In this document: piece by piece, positions 12,034 through 25,280 of the stretch | Numbering within the stretch: the stretch's first letter is position 1 | How the letters are laid out: every line of letters starts with the position of its first letter | Source: Eledone cirrhosa | Lineage: Eukaryota | Direction: 5' to 3' | DNA length: 64,000 nt | NCBI GenBank assembly: GCA_964016885.1 | Contig: OZ024746.1 | Span: 49,848,001 to 49,912,000, forward strand | Program-made: the position numbers and the translations under genes | The notes under the pieces: model-generated | What the model was told of the DNA's origin: nothing | Database searches by the model: none | The model's input: the letters and a program-made list of their open reading frames with translations, nothing else

Positions 12034-14096
12034 GCATTCAGCGGTGTATTGTACCGTGATGATGGGCTCCTTACCCTCAAAGGGTACAACTCCAGTAGTA
12101 CAGACCGGGTCTGTAAACAATTAATCAGCTTCTTCCGCGACTGGGGATTTAAAATAGCCCTACAAACGTCCCTAACCTGAGTAAACTTCCTGGACGTTAC
12201 CCTTAACCTCGATAATGATCTGTACTACCCATACAGGAAACCAAACGACAACCTGCATTACATCCACCGCCGGTCGAACCATCCTAGAAACATCACCAAT
12301 AACCTGGTTAAAAACATCTCCCTCCGCATATCTCATTTGTCCGCTAATGAGCAGATATTCGACGAGCATGCGCCTTATTACAACCAGGCCACCAAGCGGA
12401 GTGGCTTCCGGGAGGAAATATCCTATTATCCAGCTTCCATCAGCGGAACCAGCAGGCGACACCGTTACTACAACATAATCAACAAAAACACCACCAAACT
12501 CTCCTACAGCACCACACCTAACTTCGCACAAAACATCGTCTCCTCTAACAACAAAAGACTCAACCCCTATGGAAGAATTAACCTAGACAGCAGTGGAGAG
12601 CCGACCAGGAGGTGTAACTGTCCTGATAGATCACTTTGCCCCCTCAACAACGGATGCCGAGATCGTATTGTGATCTACCAGTGCAACGTGAGGACAGACA
12701 CCTCCAACAAAGCTGATATAGGATTAACCGCTTGTGACTTCAAGACCCGGCTCTACCTACACAGACATACTTTCCGAAACCCGGCCCGGCGTCATGCCAC
12801 TACACTTTCGGGCCACATCTGGGACCTCAAAGATAATAATATAACCTAGAATCTGACTTGGAGCTTACTGTCCAGAGCTAACTCTTACACGGGAGGACAC
12901 CGTCCGTGTAACTTATGCTCGGAGGAAACATTACAAATGTTGTTTTCGAAGGACCAACTCCTAAACAAGAAAGACGAACTGGTAACTGCATGCAAACACA
13001 GATTGCGTAGGACTTACCTCGCCCTCAAACCCCATAATGACCCCGGGGTGGGGGGGATTAGACAAGGGATGAAACACCCCACTTGCCGGTTTTATAAGGA
13101 GTAACCCCTGCTTACAAAGGTAGACGTAACTTTTTTGTCTTTTCCTCTATATTTCCTTCTTCTCCCCAACTCTTCCTAGTCCTTCCACCCCAGATACCCT
13201 TCCTTGTCTTTTTTACACCTTTTCGCCAACCCCGATGCGGCCCATCAGTCCTCTGTAACCTCAGTACCCCACCCCATTAATTTTAAGATAGAATTGGCCG
13301 ATTACGCTTTTTATAGCAGATGTGTTAGACCTCAGTAAATTGTTTTCTTTCTGGTTGCTGCTCTATTTCCGTGATTTCTAAATTTCTTAGTGGTATTTTT
13401 GTATTAGTATTCTTGTATTAGTATTTATGTATTAGTATTCTGAATTAATATTTCGTATTAGTATTTTTGTAGTAGTATTTTAGTATGCTTGTTCTCAACG
13501 TATTAACCTGTCATTGTAAGATAGCATTGGCTGATTACTACTAACTGTAGCAGTGGTGTTAGACCCCCTGTAAAGCCGGCTTTATAAAAATGTTTCACTA
13601 CAATCTCGTATTTAGTATTTTTCTCCACCTATTAAACTTTTCTATAGCTTAGCAATACCAATGAGAGATTTGGTGATTGTGGGGATGGAGTAGTAACCAG
13701 AAATTGTTTTTTATATATTTATTTCCTCATTTTTATAATGGCTTTTTGGCTTACTTCCTTTAGATTTACCTATTCTTTCAACCCCCCCCCCTTCTCCAGT
13801 ACACTTATTTCGACCTTCTATACACTATCCTTAGAATCTGCTGTATAGATTTCACTTTCAACGCTTGACTGGGTTTCCCCCACTCCCTCTTTGTTCTACC
13901 GGCAAGTTCAGCTACCCCTACCTCCCACTAAATGCCATGATAGAATCATCTGTCTTTACAACAAATTTTTGACCAATCCTTTTGACAATTACTATCTTCC
14001 CATATAAGGAATTACTCCCTGAGAAGTTCGGCTATTTATTTACCAGGCTAAAAATTCTTATTTAGTCCAGAATTAGCCGTCGGGGTCATACTTGTT

Positions 14097-14100
<4 letters not shown>
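12034..14100 (+). mobile_element. Naiad-like PLE, right arm: decayed RT C-terminus, CxCx5C linker, GIY-YIG, 3' region
   Basis: LYRDDGL, VNFLDVTLNL, PYRKPND, SNHP, CNCPDRSLCPL, IVIYQC...ADIGLT...FKTR, CNLCSEE, LLNKKDELV; premature stops; ends in (TA)n. Confidence 0.9.
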
Positions 14101-14152
<52 letters not shown>

Positions 14153-14283
14153 GACACACATGCATACATATATTTATATCCGTTTAACATTAGCGAGGCA
14201 AGAATGCGTATTCAATACCATACTAGCGATCAATCGTAACACACATTGATTCCACCTCAATAAACTCTCTCCCTCTCTCTCTG

Positions 14284-14366
<83 letters not shown>

Positions 14367-14585
14367 GTATGTATACACATATATGCACAAACATACACAC
14401 ATATTTATATGCATATATAGGCATGCGTAGTGGTTATCTTGTCGTTGAAGTGTGACAACAGGAAGTCTCAAGTTTCATGGGGCTTAGGGCCCTGAAGACG
14501 GTGGATGCAGGTTATCTGCTGGCATCAAGCACATTTGTAGTATGGATGACTCCATCCCCTGCTGTACTGTATTTATTTTGGATAA

Positions 14586-14800
14586 TTAAGAATTTATTCC
14601 TGTTATAACATTGAGACGAAGGGCTGATTTGTAGTGTCCTAGCAGGTTCCTCCAGGTGGCTCTTCTGTAGACGTTGGTATGGATATCACCTCCTTCTGTT
14701 ATTCTGAGTTGGAAGAAGTCGAACAGGAATAGAGATTCAGTATTATAGGGATCTTCTATGCTGAACAGTATGTTATAATCCACATTCGAGAACATTCCGA
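14586..14800 (-). mobile_element. Decayed Penelope/Poseidon-like RT fragment
   Basis: FSNVDYNILFSIEDP...DFFQLRITEGGDIHTNVYRR...HYKSAL aligns to FSSMDASIKFSMEHP...DFQLRVTEEGNIHTCFYKK...HFRSAL of ORF 46937-47869. Confidence 0.75.
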
Positions 14801-15365
14801 ATATTACTTATTCTGTCAGTAAACCAACGGGATTTATACTATTTATTATTATTGTTATTCTTATTAAATATTGATATTATTTGTAACAATAGTAGTATTA
14901 GTAATAATAACAACAATATTAATAATAACAACATGATAATAATGATTCTTTTGTTGTCCCGTAAAGGAGAAGGATGGCAATAATTTCCTACATTGGAAAG
15001 AGGCCATATATTTTTGAGGAAGTGTTCATAATGATGAGGAAGAATAGACATAGGAAAAAGATGAGGTTGAGGAGGAGGAGGAGGTTGAAGACGATGAGGG
15101 ACACGACGGCGACATGAAGGCAGCATAGGGTTGCATAATTTACTCTGCTTGTCTATTCAAGTAGTAGACTAACTCGGTCAAGTTTCTATCGATCAATACT
15201 TATGCAGTCCGATCAATAATATACGCGGCCAGTCTGAAAAGCGAATGAGAGTGTAGAAATAGTCTAATGGTTTTATATACCTGGTATACCTTATATTCTA
15301 TAACGGCTCTATCTTTTCAGTTATAAAATGTTTTTATTTTATATTATTTTTATTATTATTAAACT

Positions 15366-15478
15366 TTGAGACTCAGTCATTGATGTTATTTAACTGGAAA
15401 GTTTGTTCAGCCTCAAATATTCAGGACGTATCGGAGGGTTCTTGCTGTTCCCAGCAAGCATGCCTTTTGAAGTATTCC
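15366..15478 (-). mobile_element. 3' end fragment of R4/Dong-like family A
   Basis: Reverse complement of about 60348-60485 (KACLLGTARTLRYVLNI plus 3' UTR) with an internal deletion. Confidence 0.85.
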
Positions 15479-15496
15479 ATTTTATTTTTATTATTA

Positions 15497-16280
15497 GGGC
15501 GGTGGATTGGCAGTATCGGTAGAGGGTCGGACGCCATGCTTTGCAGCAAAGAGTTACGGCCCTTGCCATTCTGAGTTCAAATCCCGCCGAGGTTAACTTT
15601 GCCTTTCATCCTTACGGGGTCGATAAAATAAAGTACCAGTAATGCACTGGGATAATTGCTGGCCTTGTGCCAAAGTAGAAACAATTATTAGGGCGGTGGA
15701 TTGGCAGTATCGGTAGAGGGTCAAACACCATGCTTTCCAGCATAGATACGTCCCTTTACGATCTGAGTTCAAATCCCGCCGAGGTTGACTTTGCCTTTCA
15801 TCCTTACGGGGTCGATAAAATAAAGTACCAGTAATGCACTGGGTAATTGCTGGCCTTGTGCCAAAAGTAGAAACAATTATTATTATTCTTTGAGTCGGTG
15901 GATTGGCAGTATCGGTAGAGCGTTAGACCATGATTTGCAGCATAGAGTTACGTCCCTTTACACTCTGAGTTCAAATCCCGCTGCGGTACACTTTGCCTTT
16001 CATCCTTACGGCGTCGATAAAATAAAGTACCAGTAATGCACTGGGATAATTGCTAGCCTTGTGCCAAAAGTAGAAACAATTATTAATGTGGGTTGGCAGT
16101 ATCGGTAGAGGGTCGGATGCCATGCTTTGCAGCATAGAGGTACGGCCCTTTATGATTTGAGTTCAAATCCCGCCGAGGTTAACTTTGCCTTTCATCCTTA
16201 CGGATTCGATAAAGTAAAGCACCAGTAATGCACTGGTGTCGATTGAATCGTCTTTGCCCTCCTCCCAAATTGCTGGCCTT
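15497..16280 (+). mobile_element. Tandem array of four tRNA-derived SINE copies (starts at about 15497, 15691, 15894, 16088)
   Basis: A-box TGGCAGTATCGG, B-box GAGTTCAAATCC, conserved core CTTTGCCTTTCATCCTTACGGGGTCGATAAAATAAAGTACCAG (Meta/MESC-like domain), tail TTGCTGGCCTTGTGCC...AGAAAC(AAT)n. Confidence 0.9.
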
Positions 16281-16706
16281 GTCCCTATAGTAGAAATCAT
16301 TATTATAACTGTTGTTGTTATCCGCAATGACCATTCTAGTCTTGTAAACTATTTATGTGGAAGATTTGTACAATAAAAGGACATTGAAATATATTGAAAA
16401 CAGTCACTAGAAATAAACATTTTTACTATATACAGATGCAGACCGTTCAACGATAATATAAATTGTATGAAATAGTCTGCTTTCTTACATTTAATTGACG
16501 ACAAACCTATTAATGTTAGTTTAAGTTATAAAGAAATGAGCATCTAGAGTTAAAAGAAATTAGACTATAAAAATGGAAGCAAAGTATTACAACGATGGCA
16601 TTCTCAGGATAAAAGTAGGTGAATGTTATAAAGGTTGTCTTATTTATTGTCAGTAATATTTTATGGGAGATAATCACGGCAGCATATGTCGCTATATTTT
16701 ATATTA

Positions 16707-16901
16707 GGGTGGTGGAGTAGCAGTATCGGTCGAGGGTCGAACGACATTATTAGCAGCATAGACTTATGGCCCTTTACGTTCTGAGTTTAAATCCCGCCGA
16801 GGGAAACTTTGCCTTTCATCTTTACGGGGGGTCGATAAAATAAATAAAGTACCAGTAATGCAGTGGGATAATTGCTGGCTTTGTGCCAAAAGTATAAACA
16901 A
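16707..16901 (+). mobile_element. SINE copy, same family
   Basis: Same boxes, core and tail, more diverged. Confidence 0.85.
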
Positions 16902-16960
16902 TTATTTTATATGATTTATAATGGGTAATTAGATAAAGAAAAGTTTGTATATAAGCTTAA

Positions 16961-17120
16961 GGTGGCGAATTGGCACAGGCGTTAGGGCGTCGAATAGAAT
17001 GTTTTGCGCTATTCGGTCAGGCTCTTTACACTCTGAGTTCAAATCCCGCCGAGATCAATATTACATTTCAACATTTCGAGGTCGATAAATAAAGCACCAG
17101 TCCAGTATTGGGAGTCGAAT
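16961..17120 (+). mobile_element. Diverged SINE of a related subfamily
   Basis: GGTGGCGAATTGGCA...GAGTTCAAATCCCGCCGAG...GGTCGATAAATAAAGCACCAG. Confidence 0.75.
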
Positions 17121-17429
17121 CTCCTCTCTATCTCTTTCTCATTTATCTTTCACTCTCACGCTTTCGTTCTCTTTATATAGTGTTCAGACCTGGAGAAGGA
17201 TGGAATCCATTCTTAAAATACCAACAACACGCAGTTGTATGTCATTACAGCCCCCTACGACACCCTCAGGAGTTGAGAGCCCATATAGGCATAGGCAGGT
17301 TTGCTTTGTAACTACGTGGTTTTGAGTACGATGCCACCGTGTGCATCTTGAGCAAGTATCTTTCAATGTAGTCCCGGTTCGAGCAATATATTGTGAGTGA
17401 AATATAGCTGACGGAAACCTGTGCGGTGG

Positions 17430-17575
17430 CTTCCCGATGTATTTCGGGAAGTGACCACAATTAAAAAAGGTACTCCATACGTTAGTAGAGTATAGGTATA
17501 TTTATTTTATTATAGAAAGGATTTCTATAGGACTGATGATTTCGTATGAATGAAACAGTTCTAGTCCAGTAGAAG
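17430..17575. mobile_element. Diverged, rearranged pLTR fragment of the 8.4-kb family with an HHR remnant at 17533-17575 (+)
   Basis: AAGGTACTCCATAC motif, then CTGATGATTTCGTATGAATGAAACAGTTCTAGTCCAGTAGAAG. Confidence 0.65.
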
Positions 17576-17592
17576 TAATTTCTCAATTATAT

Positions 17593-17790
17593 ATGGCGGA
17601 CCGTTTTGACGAGCATTTGAGCGACATACACATCGGTTTGGATACTACTGTCGCGCGTCATTTTTGTTCTCCTGGTCATTCTTCCCTACATGTTTGAGTC
17701 CTGGGTGTCCTTTTACATCATGGATCACAGGTCTCGCGCACCAGGACTGAACAAAGTCTGATTCACCGCATTGGACTCAACTCACCTCCC
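17593..17790 (+). mobile_element. Neptune-like PLE GIY-YIG C-terminal remnant
   Basis: MADRFDEHLSDI...VARHFCSPGHS...VLGVLLHHG...RTRTEQSLIHRIGLNSP with one stop. Confidence 0.75.
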
Positions 17791-18079
17791 CAATTTCTCT
17801 AATACCCCGTCCATTATCACACCCCTAGATTCCTATCGCTTTCTCTTGATCATTAACATCTTCTCTTACAACTAATACAGGCCGACTATATATGCTCACT
17901 CCACTTTTCCCTTCATTGCTCTGTATACACATATACACACCCTTATATTAACATACTTTTCCTCATAGCTTCGTACTTACATGCACACACTCTTTTACTC
18001 ACATATATACACACATTTCTTCTTAGATTCGTACGGACGTATAACACACACACACACACACGCACACACATGTACACAG

Positions 18080-18197
<118 letters not shown>

Positions 18198-18339
18198 GGG
18201 GAGGAGAGTTTTCAAATTGTAATGATAATCTCAGTCAATTGAATATTTTCGACTGTCTACATTTAATAAGCGAGACTAGGCCACCTCTCTCTCTCCCTGT
18301 ATGCCCTCCTCTCTCTCTCTCTCTCGCTCTCTCTCTCGA

Positions 18340-18400
<61 letters not shown>

Positions 18401-18422
18401 CTCTCTGTCTATATATATATAT

Positions 18423-18453
<31 letters not shown>

Positions 18454-18861
18454 CATCTACAATTGTACGTGCGTGTGTGAGAGTGTATTTGTATGTGTGT
18501 AAACATAGAGCAAAATCCCCTGCTTCCCGAGGTACTGTCACTTTCCCCATTAATAATATATACAAAACAGTACTTTCTCTCCAGATATATTCCAACATCT
18601 AAATTTGATCATCCTAACTGTGCCAGCTGTTGTTAAATATGTATCACTAATGACATCTAACAAGATTGAAGTATGTCCGTTGATTTTACTAATTAACTAT
18701 CAGGTGGGATCTAAAACTTTGCCAAAACTTTCCACAATTTGGATGAATTCAATAATGCTGGAGTCATCTACCTTGTTTGTCGTTTCTAGACTTTGTACAG
18801 TACCAAAAGAAGATACTTAATGAATAGAATCTGTTTGGCTCACTATATTTCATACGTGAGA

Positions 18862-18903
<42 letters not shown>

Positions 18904-18913
18904 CGTGTGTGTG

Positions 18914-18964
<51 letters not shown>

Positions 18965-19634
18965 TTAAATTGAAACTTCAGTGTGTTTGTCACCCACCTT
19001 TCTACTTAAAACACAATTTACCACATTTATTGCGTATTTATTTCAGTATTATGACATTTTAAACTTTTAACCTTTCTACATACACGCTTACTTACTGTCT
19101 TTCTCGTTTTCCCCTTCTTTTCTTTTCTTTTCATTCTTCCTTTTTTCTTTCTTCCTCTTTTTAGAAATATTTTATATTTTTATATTTTTATATTTTCATG
19201 CCTCTCTTGTATATGTCTACTCTTCTTCCTATCTGATTGCCTACACATTTTATAAGGTCCTAACTGCTACTAGTCGTTACTCTGTTTTGATAATTTGTTG
19301 TGCACGGAGTTAAAATCTTCCACCGTATTTGAATTTGATTTTTCCGGATAGATTATTGGGAATAGCAGCTTCAAGACAAACTCCTAAACGGCAATGAAAC
19401 ATATGTAAATGCTAGAAATAAATCCTACTGTATTGTTGATCTATGCAAATCTTTATTTATATAATATATATAATGTAAATCTAGGTGAAGTAGTTAATTA
19501 ATCCATGGCTTTACGAACTTTTCAAAGAGACGATTTATCCATATGCAGTCCAATCGATGGTAGTTATGTAACTTTGTGTCATTAGCCTCGAAAAAGCACA
19601 TCCACTATACATTCTGATGCTGCCTATCCCCAGA

Positions 19635-19689
<55 letters not shown>

Positions 19690-19691
19690 CG

Positions 19692-19738
<47 letters not shown>

Positions 19739-20098
19739 TGTTTATTGTCAACTAATTTGTTATTTGTATGACAATATAAACAGTATTATAACCGAAAAGA
19801 TATTCAGCATTTCTATTTATGGTTAAAGATTCGTTGTTTGTCTTGATATAACTCCAGCTGACTAACACCCAATAAAGATCTAAAGAACTATTTTGGTTTT
19901 AGAATGACGGGTAAATAATACGCAGTATATTTTACTGAATGAAGTAAATAAATGCAGTTTTGTGTTAGAGTAATTTAAACTGTTTATTTAGACGTTAGTT
20001 CCCATCATAATATTTTCTATTCTTTTATCCACTCATCAATTTTTTCTATTTTCTATATATATCCATATCTGTCAGTACATCTCTCTCTACGATTATCT

Positions 20099-20282
20099 GG
20101 TGGATTGGCAGTATCGGTAGAGGGTCGGACGCCATGCGTTCGAGCATAGTTACGTCCCTTTACGATCTGAGTTCAAATCCCGCCGAGGTTGACTTTGCCT
20201 TTCATCCTTACGGGGTCGATAAAATAAAGTACCAGTAATGCACTGGGTAATTGTTGGCTTTGTGCCTAAAGTAGAAACAATT
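20099..20282 (+). mobile_element. SINE copy, same family as 15497
   Basis: Boxes, core and tail near-identical to the array copies. Confidence 0.9.
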
Positions 20283-20584
20283 ATCTATTTACCTCTCCCC
20301 CTCTCTGTTTCTCCTTCTGCCTCTCTTCTATCAGTGTCTCTCTTTATTAATGCTATTCCATACGATCACTTCGATGTTGCACAATATACAACTGACGTAT
20401 TTTCTAGCAATATTATTTGCTCCACAGAGGAAATGTTGATACAAAAACATATATTGGTCGTATGGAATAACATAGATATAGATATCTGATATCTACACAA
20501 TTTTTAACTATTTGACTATTACTCCCATTATCCTTTGTAATAACTGCAAAATACCTGATCAATACATGACTAATATTACAACTA

Positions 20585-20780
20585 TTATTCTGAAAATTAG
20601 ATTGTGAAAGTCTCGAAACGCTAATTGATTGACTTATTGATCTATAAACGCTATTGTTCCAAATTAAAAATAAAGAATTAATCAGGAACTATGAAAAATC
20701 TTTAATAGAAAAGATCAATCTTGAGCACTCATGTTTTCTATATCACATGTTTGAAAGAAAAGCTGTTCCCTATTTACACA
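20585..20780 (+). mobile_element. Decayed PLE pLTR plus ORF N-terminus
   Basis: Degenerate HHR-like CTGAAAATTAGATTGTGAAAGTCTCGAAACGCT followed by LLFQIKNKELIRNYEK...ITCLKEKLFPIYT; homologous to 27040-27230 (-). Confidence 0.55.
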
Positions 20781-21699
20781 AACACACATATCCACACCCA
20801 CACACATGCACGTGCACGAACACACACATACTCAAAAAGCACACATACACACATGTATATATTCTGGAAAGAAATATTAAAGCAAACGAAGAAAAAATAA
20901 GACCAACATAAAAATCTAGCGTAAATAAAACTGGGAGCTAAATCCATCAACTTAAGAAACAAATCTGTATCCCTTACTGCAATGATAGCGTATAGAAATA
21001 ATTGAGGGAATACATAAGATGGAATGCGTTTCTTTCCTGTAAAATAATGTTAAAAAAAACATTAAAAAGAAGAAAAAACTTTAGGATTCTGAAAATACTT
21101 TTAACAAAAGGCGGAGCAAAAGAAGCCAGCGACAACACCCAGAATATGAAGCAAATTGTTAAAGAAAGGAATTTGGTTTGCAGCAGCTGCGTATTTTTTA
21201 ATGGCGCCATGAAACAAAGGTAGTTATTTCAAGTATACCGAGGTATTTACAAGAAGAATACTAACAACGATAAAAACTAAACAAATGATAACAACGAACA
21301 AAGGATGCATGAAGCTATTTATTTCTTGTATTCAGGATCATTGCTGACTTCTATCTTGTAAATCATGTGTCGTATCTAATGACGGGTTAGATCTAGTTTA
21401 CTTGGAGTGATGTTTTGTCGATAGTTACATGGGTCTCAAGTAAAGACGAAAGAAAGGTTTCATGCTGTTATAAATAGCAGCCAAATCTCACTCAAATCAT
21501 ATATATCTTGTACACGCATATATTTATACATACATACTCACACACATATACATACACCCCCTCTCTCTCTCTCTATATATATATATAAATAATTGCAACA
21601 ATGACATAAACAGGTACTCAAGTTTCGTTGGGTTCTGGGATATATACATAATATAAAAAACGTACTACCTATACACTATACACACACACACACACACGC

Positions 21700-21960
<261 letters not shown>

Positions 21961-22286
21961 TGTGGCGACGTGGTTAGTCAGTCTAGTCACTACTTCTGAT
22001 CAGATCCGAGAATAGCCCTTAGAAGGACTCTTATCGCATACGGTCTGATCAGATCCGAAGATAGCCCTTAAAAGGACTGTTGTCGCATATAGCCCTTAAA
22101 AGAACTGTTGAGGATGTACAGACGAAAGCACAAGTTGAAAGGACGAAGCAAGGCGAGATGTAAATTCGATCAGCTATTTATTTTCACATGAAGCGACGAT
22201 ACGAGGTACAAGGCGTCTGTGAGTGACAAAGCGTGGCAGAGTAAAGGAACAACGATTCGCTAGCTGACTCTGCCAAATGTCGACCA
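21961..22286. other. Solo-LTR-like insert with internal about 48-bp tandem duplication
   Basis: Termini TGTGGCGAC...GTCGACCA (imperfect inverted, TG..CA); AATAAA on the minus strand at about 22177; no TSD found. Confidence 0.35.
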
Positions 22287-22526
22287 TTGCATACACTAAC
22301 TACTTCAAACTATCCCCTTGCACTATCTTCGTAAACTGCCGATGTTGTATTTTAACTTTAATTCTGTTTTAATTTTGTTTTAATATGATTTTAATTTTTG
22401 AATTTAAATTACCATGCAAAAATATTATAATGGATGTCACCCCGCTGTGCATCGATATATACGTATGTTTCTGTATGTCTCTTGTGTTGGAAAGGAGGTC
22501 ATGAATGTATACAAACATTAAATAAT

Positions 22527-22571
22527 GCTCCGAAGACTCCAAACTTCGGTTTGGACGAAACAATTGTAAGC
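22527..22571 (+). ncRNA. Minimal type I hammerhead in pLTR, CCGAAGA (U4C) core; identical copy at 26760-26804
   Basis: GCU-CCGAAGA-c-UCCAAAC(UUCG)GUUUGGA-c-GAA-ACAAUUGU-A-AGC; palindromic stem III, GUA triplet. Confidence 0.75.
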
Positions 22572-22846
22572 TAATAAATGGTTTGAACAGAACTTTGATT
22601 CATGTGATTTCTATATAACTGCTCTGTAGAACAACTGATGTTATTACATTGAGCTATTTATCTTACTGGTAATAAGGTAGTAATAAATTACTGTCTTTAA
22701 CTGTTTCGGGTTTAAAATATATATAACTATAGAAAGTTTTAGTATATACATAACCATAAATAGTATCCTTAATACTATTAACTGCTCCATACTGTTGAGC
22801 TGACATACAATAAATTACCAGTATTCTGATCAAAGACCAACTCCCT

Positions 22847-25280
22847 ATGTCAACCAAGAACATACCAATACCATCCAACAATACATATGAGAAATTATTG
22901 ATCGACAGTGTAAACTCCTTTATCAATAGAGTGAGATGGAGGACATTCCATTATGATAAAAACAAATCTAACAAGGTTAATAATACTAACAAATTCGACT
23001 CCTTCGGCCTTAAAACCTTTAGAAGCTCCCCTCACAACACACTATTAAACTCCTTTGAAAATGACTGAATAAAACTAGTTAAGAACATTAAATACAAAAA
23101 GCACCGTAATAAAAACAACACATTCTTAAACAAACTTAACACCTCTATTAATAAATTCAAAACTAGTAATAAAATTATTGTACATGCGGACAAAACTAAT
23201 AACATATACAGCCTAGATTATAATACATACAGAAACTTTATATATAATGAACTACATAAAAGCTACAAGAAAACTATTATGAAAAACTTGGAAGATATTA
23301 ATATGGAAGGCTATAATATAGTGTCCAATCTAGGACTTCAGAGACATACACAACCATATACCCCAAGCCCCCCTAGATTTCTCTGAAGGACCATAAGGAG
23401 GACTTCATTAGCAACCCCTCGATTAGACTTATCTGCCCTTCCAAGTCTGACATTGGCATTATCAGTAAGAAAATTTTAGATAAAATCATCCCACAGATTA
23501 AACACAAGATATACCTTAAACAGTGGGGAAATACGGGTGAAGTTATTGAATGGTTCAAAGATATCAAGGATAACAAGGATAAAAATGTATTCAATTTGAT
23601 ATCAATTCATACTACTCCTCTATTTCCCCTATCCTATTAAATAAGGCACTAATCATGGCCATGAACAATAGTGACCTGACTAGACCCCAGATTGATGTCA
23701 TACTTGCGGCCCGTAAAACCGTAATCACCTCTGAAGACCAATTATGGACCCGCAAGGGTACGCAAAACAACTTCGACATAACCATGGGATCTAGTGACTC
23801 GGCTCAGGTCACTGATTTGGTCGGCCTATATTTACTTAACGAAATCCATAAGGACCTTCCATACCTCAACGGTGGTTTGTACCGCGATGATGCACTTCTA
23901 CTTATAGACTATAAAAAATTCAATATAGTAAGAACTAGAAAACTATTGCACAAGACTTTCAAAAACTATAACCTTAGTATCACCATAGACAAAAAAACTA
24001 AAAACGTTAACTTCCTAGACGCCACCCTCTACCTAGACTCAAGGATATATACACCTTTCCATAAACCTAACGAAAAACTGACTTACGTAGATACCAAGTC
24101 TAACCACCCTAGATCAATATTAAACTCTATCTCTAAGGGAGTATCCAATAGAATCTCTAATCTATCCTATGACATAAACATATTTAGCAAAAACTCGCAA
24201 TATTATAATCAGGCATTAGCTAGATCAGGCCATAATATAGAGATCGAGTTCCTACCTACAAAAACACATAGCTACAACATTATTTCGTACAATATGTCCA
24301 TGAGGAAAATTAGTATAAGAATAGCAACCACACACACACTAATACGAAGGATGCCAACAAACGTAACCGGCACCACGGAAGTTACCATAATACCATAAAA
24401 AGAAACAACTCACCAGACATAAAAAACAAAAATAGAAGAAGAAATAATACATTTTTCAACCCTCCTTTCAATCTAAACGTCTCTACCAACCTACCTAAGG
24501 CTTTCGTCTCACTCCTAGATAAAAACTTCCCATCTGGCCACAAGTACCATAGCCTTTTAAACAAAAACACAATTAAAATCTCCTACTCTACTACGCCTAA
24601 CATAGCATACCACATAGCTAGTAGCAATAAAAGAAAAATTAATTCTTACTTCCAACAAACTAAATCACAACAGGCGGTAAAACCTTCAAAATAACATTAT
24701 ATCAACTAACCATGATAACAATAGTAATAGTAGTAATATCACTAGTGTAAGCAATAACGCTGGGAACGACAACCCCCATAACCATAATCCTACAGCTACC
24801 ATCCAGACATCTACACAACATAATAACAGGCAGACTAACATCCAGAATAATTGTAACTGTAGATCTAATAGAACCTGCCCTTTAGATAAAAAATGCTTAA
24901 CCAAGGATATCATATACTCATGCACCGTCAAAACTAGCAACTCTTCTGAAACCTATATAGGCTCTACTTCAAACTGCTTCAAAACCAGATACAATTCGCA
25001 CCTCCATTCTTTCAAAAAACACAGTCTCGCCAACTCCACTTCACTATCTAGCTACATACACTATCTAAAAACTAAAAATAAATCTTAAACACTTAAATGG
25101 GAAGTGATAGGTAAGGCGACATCGTACAAACCACCTAATAAATTTCGTAACCTCTGTCTACAAGAGACCCATACTACTATCTTCTCAAACCATAACCTCC
25201 TTAATAAAAAATCAGAAGTGTTCGCGTCATGCTAGCACCGCTTCCGAGACTCCTTCCAAAACTTTAAACCCAATATATAG
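22847..25280 (+). pseudogene. PLE RT plus GIY-YIG polyprotein, disrupted by stops and frameshifts
   Basis: MSTKNIPIP, ADKTNN, FDITMGSSDSAQV, GGLYRDD, VNFLD, SNHP, FFNPPF, SYSTTPN, CNCRSNRTCPL, IIYSC...YIGST...FKTR, LLNKKSE. Confidence 0.9.

Noticed and set aside
12178-12180. In-frame TGA as selenocysteine (some Naiad PLEs encode selenoproteins)
   Set aside because: The inverted arm has CGA (Arg) at this codon, so it is CpG decay; TAG stops also occur downstream
19362-19420. Possible hammerhead remnant (GAAACATATGT-A with palindromic stem III)
   Set aside because: The 5' core is too degenerate (CTTCAAGA) and stem II does not pair; at most a fossil
23066-23068. In-frame TGA as selenocysteine or readthrough
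   Set aside because: Context FEND*IKLV fits a hydrophobic residue rather than Cys; the ORF also has frameshifts and TAA/TAG stops; no convincing SECIS seen by eye in 25280-26520
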